Shown here in pieces: positions 28,545-38,531 of a stretch of 64,000 nt of DNA. The DNA lies in assembly GCA_963555985.3 (NCBI GenBank), contig OY820591.1:2368001-2432000 (forward strand), given 5' to 3'. Origin of the DNA: Dehalococcoidia bacterium. Lineage in GTDB: Bacteria > Chloroflexota > Dehalococcoidia > Bin125. Every line of letters begins with the position of its first letter. The stretch's first letter is position 1. The notes under the pieces are model-generated. The model searched no databases and had not been told where the DNA came from. It was given only the letters and a program-made list of their open reading frames with translations. A program made the position numbers and the translations under genes.

Positions 28545-30935
28545 GTGAGCGATCCGCTGCCACTTGAGGGCGTCCGAGTACTGGAGCTTGCCCATCAGCG
28601 GGTGGCGCTCGGTGGACGATTGCTCGCCGACCTCGGTGCCGATGTGCTCCTGATCGAGCCGCCGGATGGCTGCAACACTCGCTGGGCGGGCCCGTTCGTC
28701 GACGATGAGCCTGGGGCTGAACGCTCGTTTCAACACCTCTATTTCAACGCGAACAAGCGCTCCACGGTGCTTGACTGGCGTTCGGGCGACGGTTGGGAGC
28801 GGCTGCGCGCGTTGACAGCTGAGGCGGACATCCTGATCGAGAGCGATCCACCGGACGACCTTGACGTCGCGGCGCTGATGACTGTGAACCCGCACCTGAT
28901 CGTGGTCTCGGCGACGCCTTACGGACAGACCGGCTCCAAGCGGCATTGGCGTGCGACCGACCTCACCGCGTCGGCGGCTGGCGGTCTGTTGCAGGTCGCC
29001 GGAGACCCCGCCGATCCGCCAACCCACAGCACCGCCAACCCGGCCTACATGATGACCGGTCTGACCGTCGCGTCATCAGCCATGACTGCGTTGCACGGGC
29101 GTGATCGGACTCCAGGACAGCCGGGGATCCGGATCGATATCTCGATGCAAAAGGCCACCTCGTTCCAGTTGGTGCAGACCTCGAACCCGTGCGTCTGGCG
29201 CTGGCGCGGCGAGATTCCAGCCCGGCCCGCGCTTTCGCAGGCGTTTCAGTGCGCGGACGGCAAATGGATGGCTTGCAACGTCGGCCCGAACAAGCTGGTC
29301 GAGTTCATCAAGATGCTTGACGACGCAGGGGTTGAGCACGACCTCGATCCTGACAACTGGGAGATCATTCACAGCGGCGACCGCGCTGCCTGGCAGTACC
29401 TCGAAAATCCGCTGCAAGACCTGGCCGGCGAGCTTGCCGCTGTGATCCCGCGTCAGCACTTCCTCGATCAGATGTGGGCTGCGCCAATGCCGGCTATGCC
29501 GACCCTGCGCTTCAGCGAGTTCGCGGATTCTGAGCACTACCCGAACTCGGGTCAGTTCCAGGACGTTGAGATTCCGGCGTTGAACACATCGCTCAGCTTC
29601 TCGCGGAGTGCGCTCGATCCCGTGCAATCCCCGTTGGAGATCCGACCCGCGCCGACGCTGGGACGAGATGATTCAGCGCCAGCGCCGCGGCAGTGGGGTG
29701 ACGAGCCAACCGATCCGTACCCGTCAATGCCGCTTGCGGGGATTCGGGTGCTCGATCTCACCTGGGTTGCGGCGGGGCCGTTCTCGGCTCGGTTGTTGGC
29801 CAACTTTGGCGCTGAGGTGATCAAGGTGGAGTCCGGCGGTCTGCGCATGGACCCGCTGCGCGTCCAGCCAATCGCGGGCGGGAAGTTCCAGCCCGATCTG
29901 CCCGATCTCTTCAACGACGCCAACACCGGTAAGAAGTCGGTCACGCTCGATCTGTCCACCGAAGCGGGCAAGGAGCTCTTGCGCCGGCTCGCAGCCAAAT
30001 GCGACGTCCTGACCGAAAACTACTCCGGTGGTTCGCTCGCACGGATGGGCTTCCCCTACCAAGAGCTACGTGAGATCAATCCCCGCCTGATCGTCGTCCA
30101 CCTGCCGGGCGTCGGCGGCGACAGCCCTTGGCGACCGCTGCGCTCGCTCGGCAATCTGCTGATGGCCGCCTCGGGCATGAACTTCCTGATCGGATTCCCC
30201 GGCCGAGCGCCGCGCGGGATCGGTACCGCCTATCCCGATTTCACGACCCCGCACGTGGCCGTCACTGCGATCCTCAGCGCGCTGCGCGCACGCGAACGAA
30301 CCGGTCTTGGTCGAGAGATCGAACTCTCCCAACTCAGCTCAACGGTGGCGCTGATCGGCGCGGCCTGGATGGAGTTCGCCAGGCGCGGAACCGATCCTGA
30401 ACCGCTGGGGAATGCCGACCCGAACATGTCGCCGCATGGCGTCTTCCCGTCCACGGGCGACGATCAGTGGGTCGCGCTAGCACTGGAAGGCGACGCCCAG
30501 TGGCCGGCCTTTGCGGAATTGATTGGCCGGCCCGAATGGGCTGAGGTGGACGAGTTGCAATCACTAGAGAGTCGCCGCGAACGGAGCGACGCGATTGAGC
30601 AGGCGATTTGCGCCTGGTCGTCCAGCTTGAGCAAGTGGGATGCCGCCGAGCAACTACAGGCGCTCGGGATCGCCGCCAGCGCGGTTGAAGACCTGCGCGA
30701 CATGATGGATATCGACAAAGAGTTCCGCGACCACTATCAACGTGTCGAGCAGCCGTCGGAGCCTGGCTTCGGAATCTGGATCGACGGCGCGCCCTGGGAG
30801 TTCGCCCATCTGGAACCGCGCACTCTGGAGCGCGCACCGATGTTGGGCGAGCATAACGACTACGTGCTTGGCGAACTGCTCGGACTCTCGGGCGAAGAGA
30901 TCGCAGAGTTGGTCGCTTCCGGGGCCGTCGGCTGA
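28545..30935 (+). CDS. Fused two-domain family III CoA-transferase
   Basis: LADLGADV / LANFGAEVIKVE modules, NANKRS and NTGKKS. Confidence 0.92.
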   Translation: MSDPLPLEGVRVLELAHQRVALGGRLLADLGADVLLIEPPDGCNTRWAGPFVDDEPGAERSFQHLYFNANKRSTVLDWRSGDGWERLRALTAEADILIESDPPDDLDVAALMTVNPHLIVVSATPYGQTGSKRHWRATDLTASAAGGLLQVAGDPADPPTHSTANPAYMMTGLTVASSAMTALHGRDRTPGQPGIRIDISMQKATSFQLVQTSNPCVWRWRGEIPARPALSQAFQCADGKWMACNVGPNKLVEFIKMLDDAGVEHDLDPDNWEIIHSGDRAAWQYLENPLQDLAGELAAVIPRQHFLDQMWAAPMPAMPTLRFSEFADSEHYPNSGQFQDVEIPALNTSLSFSRSALDPVQSPLEIRPAPTLGRDDSAPAPRQWGDEPTDPYPSMPLAGIRVLDLTWVAAGPFSARLLANFGAEVIKVESGGLRMDPLRVQPIAGGKFQPDLPDLFNDANTGKKSVTLDLSTEAGKELLRRLAAKCDVLTENYSGGSLARMGFPYQELREINPRLIVVHLPGVGGDSPWRPLRSLGNLLMAASGMNFLIGFPGRAPRGIGTAYPDFTTPHVAVTAILSALRARERTGLGREIELSQLSSTVALIGAAWMEFARRGTDPEPLGNADPNMSPHGVFPSTGDDQWVALALEGDAQWPAFAELIGRPEWAEVDELQSLESRRERSDAIEQAICAWSSSLSKWDAAEQLQALGIAASAVEDLRDMMDIDKEFRDHYQRVEQPSEPGFGIWIDGAPWEFAHLEPRTLERAPMLGEHNDYVLGELLGLSGEEIAELVASGAVG

Positions 30936-30971
30936 GCCAGGAGTACCGTAGTCGGCGATTGAGGAGCTGAG

Positions 30972-31934
30972 ATGCCGAAGTACCTGATGCTGCCGCCAAT
31001 CGACGACGACATCCGCGAGTGGGCCGGGCGACTCCGCGCCGAGTTGCCCGAGCTTGAGGTTGTGATCGTGGAGGACGAAGCCGACGCGCCGGAGGCGCTG
31101 ATTGACGCCGATGGCGCCTACGGCTGGGTCGCGCCGGACGTGTTGCCTAACGTTGAACGATTGCGGCTGCTCCAGAATCCGATGGCCGGACCACCGGTGG
31201 GTTGGTATTACCCGGAGTTGGCCGAGCATTCGGTGGTGGTCAGCAATCCGCGCGGGATCTACTCCGACCACATCGCGCAGCACATCATGATGTACATGCT
31301 CGCGCTGGCGCGAGGTTTGCCGTACTGGAATGCCGCGCAAGCAGAGGGACGCTGGGATGTCAAGGCGCGTCGTCGCGGATACATCGAGCTCTCCCAGGCG
31401 ACCGTGCTGATCAACGGCATCGGCGGCATCGGCGCAGAGGCAGCGCGTCTATGTACTGCATTCGGCTCCCAAGTGATCGGCGTTGATCCGAGTCCGTATG
31501 GTGACTTTGACGATGAGATTATCTCGCCTGCCGAGCTTGACGTTCGCCTGCCCGAAGCCGACTTCGTGGTCACGACTGTGCCGCACACGCCCGAGACCGA
31601 GTTCATGTGGAACGCCGAGCGCTTCGCCGCGATGCGGAACTCCGCCTACTTCATCAACATCGGCCGCGGCATGACCTGCAAGCTTGATGATCTGGTGAAC
31701 GCGCTGGATCGCGGAGAGATTGCGGGCGCCGGGCTCGATGTGTTCGAGATCGAGCCGTTGCCCGAGGGCCACCCGCTCTGGCAGATGGAGAACGTGATCA
31801 TTACGCCGCACATCGCGGTCGCGGATGCGGAGAACATTCCGGAGCGGCGGTTTGAGTTGATCCTGGAGAATGCGCGCCGTCTCGTTGACGGGCGTGAATT
31901 TGTCAACGTGGTTGACAAGGAGAAGTGGTACTGA
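30972..31934 (+). CDS. D-2-hydroxyacid dehydrogenase
   Basis: GIGGIG, INIGRG, LDVFEIEPLP, ITPH. Confidence 0.92.
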   Translation: MPKYLMLPPIDDDIREWAGRLRAELPELEVVIVEDEADAPEALIDADGAYGWVAPDVLPNVERLRLLQNPMAGPPVGWYYPELAEHSVVVSNPRGIYSDHIAQHIMMYMLALARGLPYWNAAQAEGRWDVKARRRGYIELSQATVLINGIGGIGAEAARLCTAFGSQVIGVDPSPYGDFDDEIISPAELDVRLPEADFVVTTVPHTPETEFMWNAERFAAMRNSAYFINIGRGMTCKLDDLVNALDRGEIAGAGLDVFEIEPLPEGHPLWQMENVIITPHIAVADAENIPERRFELILENARRLVDGREFVNVVDKEKWY

Positions 31935-31961
31935 CGCCACTTCCAGGAATCGAGGTCCGAC

Positions 31962-33017
31962 ATGAAGATCGTGGAGATGTACGGCGACTCCCGCGTCGGG
32001 GTGATCGAGGTCCCCGAGCCCGAGCCGCGCGACAACTGGGTCGTGGTCAAGGTGATCGCCAGCACGATCTGCGGCACCGAGGCGCGGACCTATCAGTACG
32101 GCGGCTCATCTTTCAACTCCAGTTACACCAACTCGGGACACGAGGCGGCCGGCACTGTCGTGAAGACGGGACCGACGGCCCGGATCGCGGAGGGCACGCG
32201 GGTTGCGGTGATCGCGCACATGGGCGAGCAATGCGGCCAGTGCTGGTTCTGTCACCAGGGTCTCTGGCTGCTCTGCACGAATCTGACGGACGGCGGCGCG
32301 GAGTACGACGGCACCCACGCCCAGTACATCCTGCGCCCCGACACGCACTGCCTCCCGATGCCCGACGATGTGCCCTTCGAGATCGGCTCAATCCTGGTCG
32401 ATGCGGTAGGAACGCCGTATCGAGCCATCCGGCGGCTGGGCGTCAACGGATTCGACACCGTGCTGATCACGGGTCTGGGTCCGCTGGGGGCATCCGCGGC
32501 AATCATCTGCGAACGGCTCGGCGCGCGGGTGATCGCCAGCGAGCCGGCCGAGTTTCGGCGCAGCTTGGCCCGCGAGTACGGCGTCGATGTGGCGATTGAC
32601 CCCGTTTCGGAGGATGCGTTGGAGCGGGTCATGGAACTGACCGACGGTCGCGGCCCCGATGTTGCGCTCGACTTCACCGGCTACACCGAGCCGCAAATGC
32701 TCTGCGTCGACGCGGTCAAGGTGGGCGGCCGCGTTGGCTTCATCGGCCTCAAGTTCGACGAGACGCCCGACGGCCCTGTCCCCCGACCGACGCCAATCAC
32801 CGTGGCCGGTCATCTGCTGCCGAAGGAACTCACCCTGATCGGCAGCTGGAGCGTGGCTCCGCACGAGATGCTGGAACTGTTCGAGCTCGTCCAGAAGGGC
32901 CTGCCGGTCGAGAAGCTGATCACCCACCGCTTCAGCATCGACGAGGCGCAGGAGGCGTACGAGACGGCGTTCAACCAGCGCGGCTGCAAGGTGATTATCG
33001 ATCCGTGGCTGGAGTAG
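31962..33017 (+). CDS. Zn-dependent alcohol/polyol dehydrogenase
   Basis: ICGTE, GHE, CxxCxxC...C structural Zn, GLGPLG. Confidence 0.9.
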   Translation: MKIVEMYGDSRVGVIEVPEPEPRDNWVVVKVIASTICGTEARTYQYGGSSFNSSYTNSGHEAAGTVVKTGPTARIAEGTRVAVIAHMGEQCGQCWFCHQGLWLLCTNLTDGGAEYDGTHAQYILRPDTHCLPMPDDVPFEIGSILVDAVGTPYRAIRRLGVNGFDTVLITGLGPLGASAAIICERLGARVIASEPAEFRRSLAREYGVDVAIDPVSEDALERVMELTDGRGPDVALDFTGYTEPQMLCVDAVKVGGRVGFIGLKFDETPDGPVPRPTPITVAGHLLPKELTLIGSWSVAPHEMLELFELVQKGLPVEKLITHRFSIDEAQEAYETAFNQRGCKVIIDPWLE

Positions 33018-33040
33018 CGAACTCCTCCGCCCTTCCCAGG

Positions 33041-33188
33041 GAGACCGATGCGTAACCCCCTATCTCTGTCATTGCCGCACGCCGCCGCGGCAATCTCGTC
33101 GTGTGCGGCCCCGACGTCCGTGCTCGACTCAGCGAGATACCCACGGCAAGCGCGGGTATGACTGAGTTCGAATCATGCGCAGGTCTTC
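33041..33188. mobile_element. Putative MITE with GAGACC...GGTCTT/C ends carrying a REP doublet
   Basis: Left end GAGACCGATGCGTAA, right end TCATGCGCAGGTCTTC. Internal GTCATTGCCGC..GCGGCAATCTC and GAGATACCC..CGCGGGTATGAC. Same layout as 58695-58838. Confidence 0.65.
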
Positions 33189-36077
33189 TCAGGGGGTTGC
33201 GTCGGCTTGATCGTCCGTGAGCTCCAGCTCGACTTCCATTGCCGCCTCGTCCTCGGCTAGCTCCAAGTCTGGTTGGGTGTCGGGCAGGCGCACGAAGATC
33301 TCGTGCTCGACCAGACCGAGCCAAGCATCCACGAGCTCGAGTCTCAGCGCATAGACTCCGCCGGACACGTTCGATGTGTCCCAGCGCGCGAGCACGCCTC
33401 CGGACGCCGGATCGTCGCTCTCGGCGAGGACGATTGGCTCGGCAGCGTCGGGATGCGAGGCGGTCAAGCGCCAGCGAATCAGATCTCCGCTGTGCGCCCG
33501 TCCGGTGATCAGCATCTCGCCGCGCTGCACGGTCGCGCCGTCGAGCGGAGCGTCAATCCTCAGTGGCGTCTGCGCTTCACTCGCAGCGCCCGGCCGCAGG
33601 AAGATCACTCGCTGCTCCTCCAGCCAATGCACTACGGCCGGATGAAGCACGTGCGCATCGTTGCGTTCGATCGTGGGCGGTTCGAGCCAGACGCCTCGCT
33701 CTACAAACGTCCTCGGCGTCTGCGCTGTCGCCCGTTGGTGGGTGCGGCGATCGATGCCAAGCTCATAACAGACGCCGTTGTCTTTCGTCGGCGCGACGCG
33801 GGCTGACACGAACAGCTCGGTCACGACGCGAGCGCATGGGTCGCGCAACGGGGGTACCGAGCCGGGCTGCATCCGCAGCGGCTCGATCTGGGGGGCGTAG
33901 ACGCGGCGTTGCTCCATTCCATGGGGCTGAACGAACTCTTGCAGGGCGACTCCGCGATGCGCGGCGAGCATCACGTCGCGCCAGATCAGGCCGGCGGTCG
34001 CGGCGGAGGAACCGCCCCGCATCGGCGCTTCGTCGGCGTTGCCGACCCAGACGCCAACCGCCAGTTGCGGCGTGTAGCCCATCGTCCAGTAGTCGCGGCG
34101 GACGTCGTCGATGCCCGGATCGCCGGCTGTCCCGGTCTTGGCGGCCGCGGGACGATCCAGCACGAGGTTGCTGTCCGTGCCGTAGAGCAAGGCGCGAGCA
34201 TCGTTGTCGCTGAGGATGTCGGTGATTTGGTAGACCTGTCCCGGTCGCGCGACGGCGCGCCGCGCCGGTTCGGTCCACTCGTAGAGCAGGTCGCCGTCGG
34301 AGTCGTGGATGGCGAGGACGGCGATCGGATCGAGGGCGCGATAGCCGTCGGGCAGATCGAGCAGCGTTGGCTGGCCCGCCATCACGCCGCCCGCAGCCAG
34401 GGTCGAGTAGGCGTAGGTCATGTCCAGAAGCGAGACTTCGCCGCCGCCCAGCGTGATCGAGGGGCCGTAGTTGGCTACGTCGTGCATGGTCGAAATGCCG
34501 AGGCGGTGCAGCGCATCAAGCAGATAGGTAGTGCCCAGCGCGGCAGCGGTCTCGAAAGCGGGGACGTTCATCGAGTTCGCCAGGGCGCTGCGGATCGTCA
34601 CCGGGCCGCGAAAGCGGCCGTCGTAGTTGGTCGGTTCAAAAGCAGCGCCGTCGGACTCGATCCAGACAGTCGGCACGTCCCAGAGGATCGTGGCCGGATG
34701 CCAGACACGCGGATCGAGCTCGAACGCGGCGAGATAGGTGAGCGGTTTGATTGACGAACCCGGCGAATGCAGCGCGGTCGCCAGATTCACCTGTCCAGCG
34801 ATCGTTTCGTCGAAGAAGTCGCGGCTGCCGACCATCACGCGAAGCTGGCCGGTCTGCGGCTCGATCACGACGATGGCGCCGTTGTGGGCGTCGGTCTTTT
34901 GCTCGAAGTCGGCGATTGCGGCGCGCAGGATGCGCTCCGCCTCGGCTTGCAGCCCGAAATCAAGCGTGGTCGTGATTCGCAGGCCGCCGTTCTCCATCAG
35001 GGCCGCGCAGCCGCCGGAACCTGCGGGCGGCTCGAAGCGTTCCGCCTCGCATAAGGCTTCCACCTGCGCCTGCACGTAGAGGACGAAATGGGGGGCCTCG
35101 ATCTCGAATGCAGCCGTATCGAACTCAAGCGATTCCACTTTGGCGGTTTCGGCTTCATCACTACTGATGTAGCCGTGCCGCAGCATCAGGTCGAGCACGA
35201 GTGCCTGGCGCTGTTTCGCGGCCCAGTAATTCTCCAGCGGGTTGTACTCCGAGGGAGCCTGCGGCAGGCCGGCGAGCAACGCGGCCTCGGCCAGGGTCAG
35301 ATCTGCGGGCGGCTTGCCGAAGTAGCGTTGGCTGGCGGCGCCGATGCCGTAGGAGAGATTGCCGTAGTAGATCGTGTTGAGATACCACTCCAGAATCTGC
35401 TCTTTGCCGTATTCCTGGGTTAGCTCGACGGCGAGGATGGTCTCCTTGATTTTGCCCTGCACCCGTTCCCAAGTGCGGCCGCTGCGCTCCTCAAGCGGGA
35501 TGAGCACGTTTTTGACCAACTGCTGAGTGATCGAGGAGCCGCCCGAGCCGCCGAGGAACTCCGAGCTGCCGACGCCGAAGTTCTCCCAGGCTGCGCGCAG
35601 CAGGCCGCGTTCGTTGATTCCGCGATTCGTCCAGAACGAGGCGTCCTCAACCGCGACAGTGGCGTCGATCATGTATTGCGAGACGCGGTGCAAGCGGACC
35701 GGATCGCGCAAGCCGAGCAACGGATGCGCGAACTCGAAGAGCAGTGTGCCCTCCGCGCCGTCGCGGTCGTAGATGCGGCTCGATCCGAGCAGGCGCTGGG
35801 ACGGTTCGATCGCCTCCGGCGGTTCCAGGTCTTCGGCGTAGCTGGTGTAGACGAGGTAGAGCGAGAGCGCGGCTGCGCCGAGCAGGAGCGCGCTCACGAC
35901 CGCGCTCACGGTCAGCGCCAGTCTCCAGCCGCGCCAGCCGCTGGTCTGGGCGGCGCTGCGATTCGCTCGGCGTCGTCTCCGCAGCGCGGCGCGCGCAGCC
36001 GGACTCACGCCACGCCGCTGCGACGGCGTTCGGCGTTCGTGCTGACCATCCGGCTGATCGGCATTCGAGACCACCAT
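33189..36077 (-). CDS. Class A penicillin-binding protein (transglycosylase/transpeptidase) with C-terminal Ig-like extension
   Basis: EDASF, GGSSITQQLVKN, YLNTIYYG, SSIK (SxxK), SMN, KTGT. Confidence 0.92.
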   Translation of the reverse strand: MVVSNADQPDGQHERRTPSQRRGVSPAARAALRRRRRANRSAAQTSGWRGWRLALTVSAVVSALLLGAAALSLYLVYTSYAEDLEPPEAIEPSQRLLGSSRIYDRDGAEGTLLFEFAHPLLGLRDPVRLHRVSQYMIDATVAVEDASFWTNRGINERGLLRAAWENFGVGSSEFLGGSGGSSITQQLVKNVLIPLEERSGRTWERVQGKIKETILAVELTQEYGKEQILEWYLNTIYYGNLSYGIGAASQRYFGKPPADLTLAEAALLAGLPQAPSEYNPLENYWAAKQRQALVLDLMLRHGYISSDEAETAKVESLEFDTAAFEIEAPHFVLYVQAQVEALCEAERFEPPAGSGGCAALMENGGLRITTTLDFGLQAEAERILRAAIADFEQKTDAHNGAIVVIEPQTGQLRVMVGSRDFFDETIAGQVNLATALHSPGSSIKPLTYLAAFELDPRVWHPATILWDVPTVWIESDGAAFEPTNYDGRFRGPVTIRSALANSMNVPAFETAAALGTTYLLDALHRLGISTMHDVANYGPSITLGGGEVSLLDMTYAYSTLAAGGVMAGQPTLLDLPDGYRALDPIAVLAIHDSDGDLLYEWTEPARRAVARPGQVYQITDILSDNDARALLYGTDSNLVLDRPAAAKTGTAGDPGIDDVRRDYWTMGYTPQLAVGVWVGNADEAPMRGGSSAATAGLIWRDVMLAAHRGVALQEFVQPHGMEQRRVYAPQIEPLRMQPGSVPPLRDPCARVVTELFVSARVAPTKDNGVCYELGIDRRTHQRATAQTPRTFVERGVWLEPPTIERNDAHVLHPAVVHWLEEQRVIFLRPGAASEAQTPLRIDAPLDGATVQRGEMLITGRAHSGDLIRWRLTASHPDAAEPIVLAESDDPASGGVLARWDTSNVSGGVYALRLELVDAWLGLVEHEIFVRLPDTQPDLELAEDEAAMEVELELTDDQADATP

Positions 36078-36156
36078 TTCACATTAGGCCGTCTCCCCCG
36101 CAAGGCGGGCGGGCGATAGGCTGAAACGCACGGCCGCGCGGTAGAGATGTGAGCCC

Positions 36157-36468
36157 ATGTCCGACGCTCCCTACACACAGTTCAGCGCCGAGCAGGTGCG
36201 TCAGCTCGCGTCGCTGGTGCGCATTGGTATGACGGATGAGGAGGTCGAAGAGTTCCGTGCGGAGTTGGGCGGCATCCTCTCGCATATCCAGGCGCTCGCC
36301 GAAATCGATACCGAGGGTGTGCCTCCGACCAACAACGGCGCGGATCTGCTCAACGTGCAGGACGAGGATGAGCCTCGTCCAGCGATGCCGACCGAGCAGA
36401 TTCTGGCCAACGCTCCCCAACGCGAAGCCGATTATTTCCGCGTGCACGCGGTACTCGACCAATCCTGA
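36157..36468 (+). CDS. gatC: Asp/Glu-tRNA amidotransferase subunit C
   Basis: L.EIDTEGVPPT, ILANAP, directly upstream of gatA. Confidence 0.9.
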   Translation: MSDAPYTQFSAEQVRQLASLVRIGMTDEEVEEFRAELGGILSHIQALAEIDTEGVPPTNNGADLLNVQDEDEPRPAMPTEQILANAPQREADYFRVHAVLDQS

Positions 36469-36488
36469 GCAAGGCTCCAAGCGACACG

Positions 36489-37970
36489 ATGTCCAGCGAT
36501 ACGCCGGCGGCCGACCGCCAACTGACACTCGCCGAAGCCGCGCGCGCCCTGCGAGCGGGGGAGACGACCTCGACCACGCTGACCCAGCTTTTTCTGGATC
36601 GAATCCGCGACACCGAAGAGCGAGTGCGGGCGTTCGTGACGGTCACGCCCGAAGCGGCGCTCGAACAGGCTGCGGCTGCCGATGAACTCTTTGCGCGGGG
36701 CGATGCGCAGCACCCGCTGACCGGTCTGCCGCTTGCGATCAAAGACGTGTTGATGACCAAGGGCATTCGCACAACCGCGGGCTCGAAGATGCTGGACAGT
36801 CTGCGTCCGCCGTATGACGCGACTACGGTTGCGCGGCTCAACGCCGCCGGGGCAGTCTCGCTGGGCAAGACCAACATGGACGAGTTCGCGATGGGGTCTT
36901 CGACGGAGCACTCCGCTTGGTATCCAACGGCGAATCCCTGGGATCTGGAGCGCGTGCCCGGCGGCTCGTCGGGGGGATCGGCTGCCGCCGTCGTGGCGGG
37001 TCAGTGTCTGGCATCGCTCGGCTCCGACACGGGCGGGTCGATTCGGCAGCCGGCCGCATTCTGCGGCGTGGTGGGACTCAAGCCCACCTACGGCCGCGTC
37101 AGCCGCTACGGGCTGATCGCCTTTGCCAGTTCGCTCGATCAGATCGGCCCCTTCACCCGCACGGTCGAAGACGCGGCGCTGTTGATGCAGGCCATCGCCG
37201 GGCCCGATCCGCTCGATTCGACCTGCTCGGAGCAGGAACCTCCGGACTTCAGCGCGCAGCTCGGTGAGGGGCTGGACGGCCTGCGGATTGCGGCGCCGGC
37301 CGAGTTCTTCGGGGGCGGCGTGGACGACGGTGTCGCGGCGGCGGTTGGGTCGGCGATGGAGCTGCTCAGCGCCAATGGCGCGAGGCTGGATCGTTCGCCG
37401 ACGATGCCGAACGTGCCGCACGCGCTGCCCGTCTACTACGTGCTTGCGCCCTCGGAGTGTTCCGCGAATCTCGCCCGCTTCGATGGGGTCAAGTACGGCT
37501 ACGGGGCTCGGGGCGGCGAATCGATGTGGACGGATATGGAGACAACGCGCCAACACGGGTTCGGACGCGAAGTGAAGCGACGGATTTTACTTGGCGCATA
37601 CGCGCTCTCAGCGGGTTACTACGACGCCTACTACCTTCAGGCGCAGAAGGTGCGGACGTTGATCCGGCGCGAATTCGATCGAGTTTTCGCGGAGCACGAC
37701 CTGATCGTTGCTCCGACCGCGCCGACGGTGGCATTCCGGCAGGGCGAGATCACCGATCCGTACCAGATGTATCTCAACGACATCTATACGATTCCGGCGA
37801 ACATCGCTGGTTTGCCCGCGATCTCCGTCCCCTGCGGGCTCGGGGAGGACGGTATGCCGGTCGGTCTGCAACTGATCGCGCAGCGCTGGGACGAACCGCT
37901 GCTGCTGCGTGCGGCGGCGGCGTACGAAGCCCTCGCCGGCTGGTCGACGCAGCCGACTGCGCTGGCCTAA
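36489..37970 (+). CDS. gatA: Asp/Glu-tRNA amidotransferase subunit A
   Basis: GKTNMDEFAMGSSTE, PGGSSGGSAAAV, GSDTGGSIRQPA, EVKRRILLG. Confidence 0.96.
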   Translation: MSSDTPAADRQLTLAEAARALRAGETTSTTLTQLFLDRIRDTEERVRAFVTVTPEAALEQAAAADELFARGDAQHPLTGLPLAIKDVLMTKGIRTTAGSKMLDSLRPPYDATTVARLNAAGAVSLGKTNMDEFAMGSSTEHSAWYPTANPWDLERVPGGSSGGSAAAVVAGQCLASLGSDTGGSIRQPAAFCGVVGLKPTYGRVSRYGLIAFASSLDQIGPFTRTVEDAALLMQAIAGPDPLDSTCSEQEPPDFSAQLGEGLDGLRIAAPAEFFGGGVDDGVAAAVGSAMELLSANGARLDRSPTMPNVPHALPVYYVLAPSECSANLARFDGVKYGYGARGGESMWTDMETTRQHGFGREVKRRILLGAYALSAGYYDAYYLQAQKVRTLIRREFDRVFAEHDLIVAPTAPTVAFRQGEITDPYQMYLNDIYTIPANIAGLPAISVPCGLGEDGMPVGLQLIAQRWDEPLLLRAAAAYEALAGWSTQPTALA

Positions 37971-38007
37971 TGTGGTGACAGAATCTCCGGTAATGGAGCC
38001 TTTTGTC

Positions 38008-38487
38008 ATGGAAGCGATTCTGCGAGAACTCGCGCGCGACGCTCGTCAAACACCCGCAGAGATCGCGGCTTCCACCGGCATGACCGAGAGCGAAGTGACG
38101 ACGCTGATCACGGAAGCGGAGGCGCGCGGGATCATCCTCAGTTGGGGCGCACGGATCAACTGGGAGGCGCTGGGGCAGGCGATCGTCTTTGCCGTGATTG
38201 AGGTCACGGTCGAGCCGCAGGAGAACGTCGGTTACAACGCGGTTGCGCGGCGGATCGCACGCTTCGACGAAGTCAGCACGGTCTATTTCGTCTCCGGCGC
38301 ATACGATCTGCTGGTGATGGTCGAAGCATCGAATATGGCCAGCATCTCCGATTTCGTCGGCGACAAACTGGCGACGATGCCAGGGGTCAAGGGCACGACG
38401 ACGCGCGTGCTGATGCGGCGCTACAAGGAAGGCGGAGTGATGCTCGAACGCGAAGACGGAGGCAGCCGCCAGAAGGTGGTCTTTTAG
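38008..38487 (+). CDS. Lrp/AsnC family transcriptional regulator
   Basis: N-terminal HTH, VSGAYDL, paired with the aminotransferase. Confidence 0.9.
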   Translation: MEAILRELARDARQTPAEIAASTGMTESEVTTLITEAEARGIILSWGARINWEALGQAIVFAVIEVTVEPQENVGYNAVARRIARFDEVSTVYFVSGAYDLLVMVEASNMASISDFVGDKLATMPGVKGTTTRVLMRRYKEGGVMLEREDGGSRQKVVF

Positions 38488-38531
38488 CCCGCTTGCCAGG
38501 CAAGCGGCGTAACCGGAGCGAGATTCCGCCC

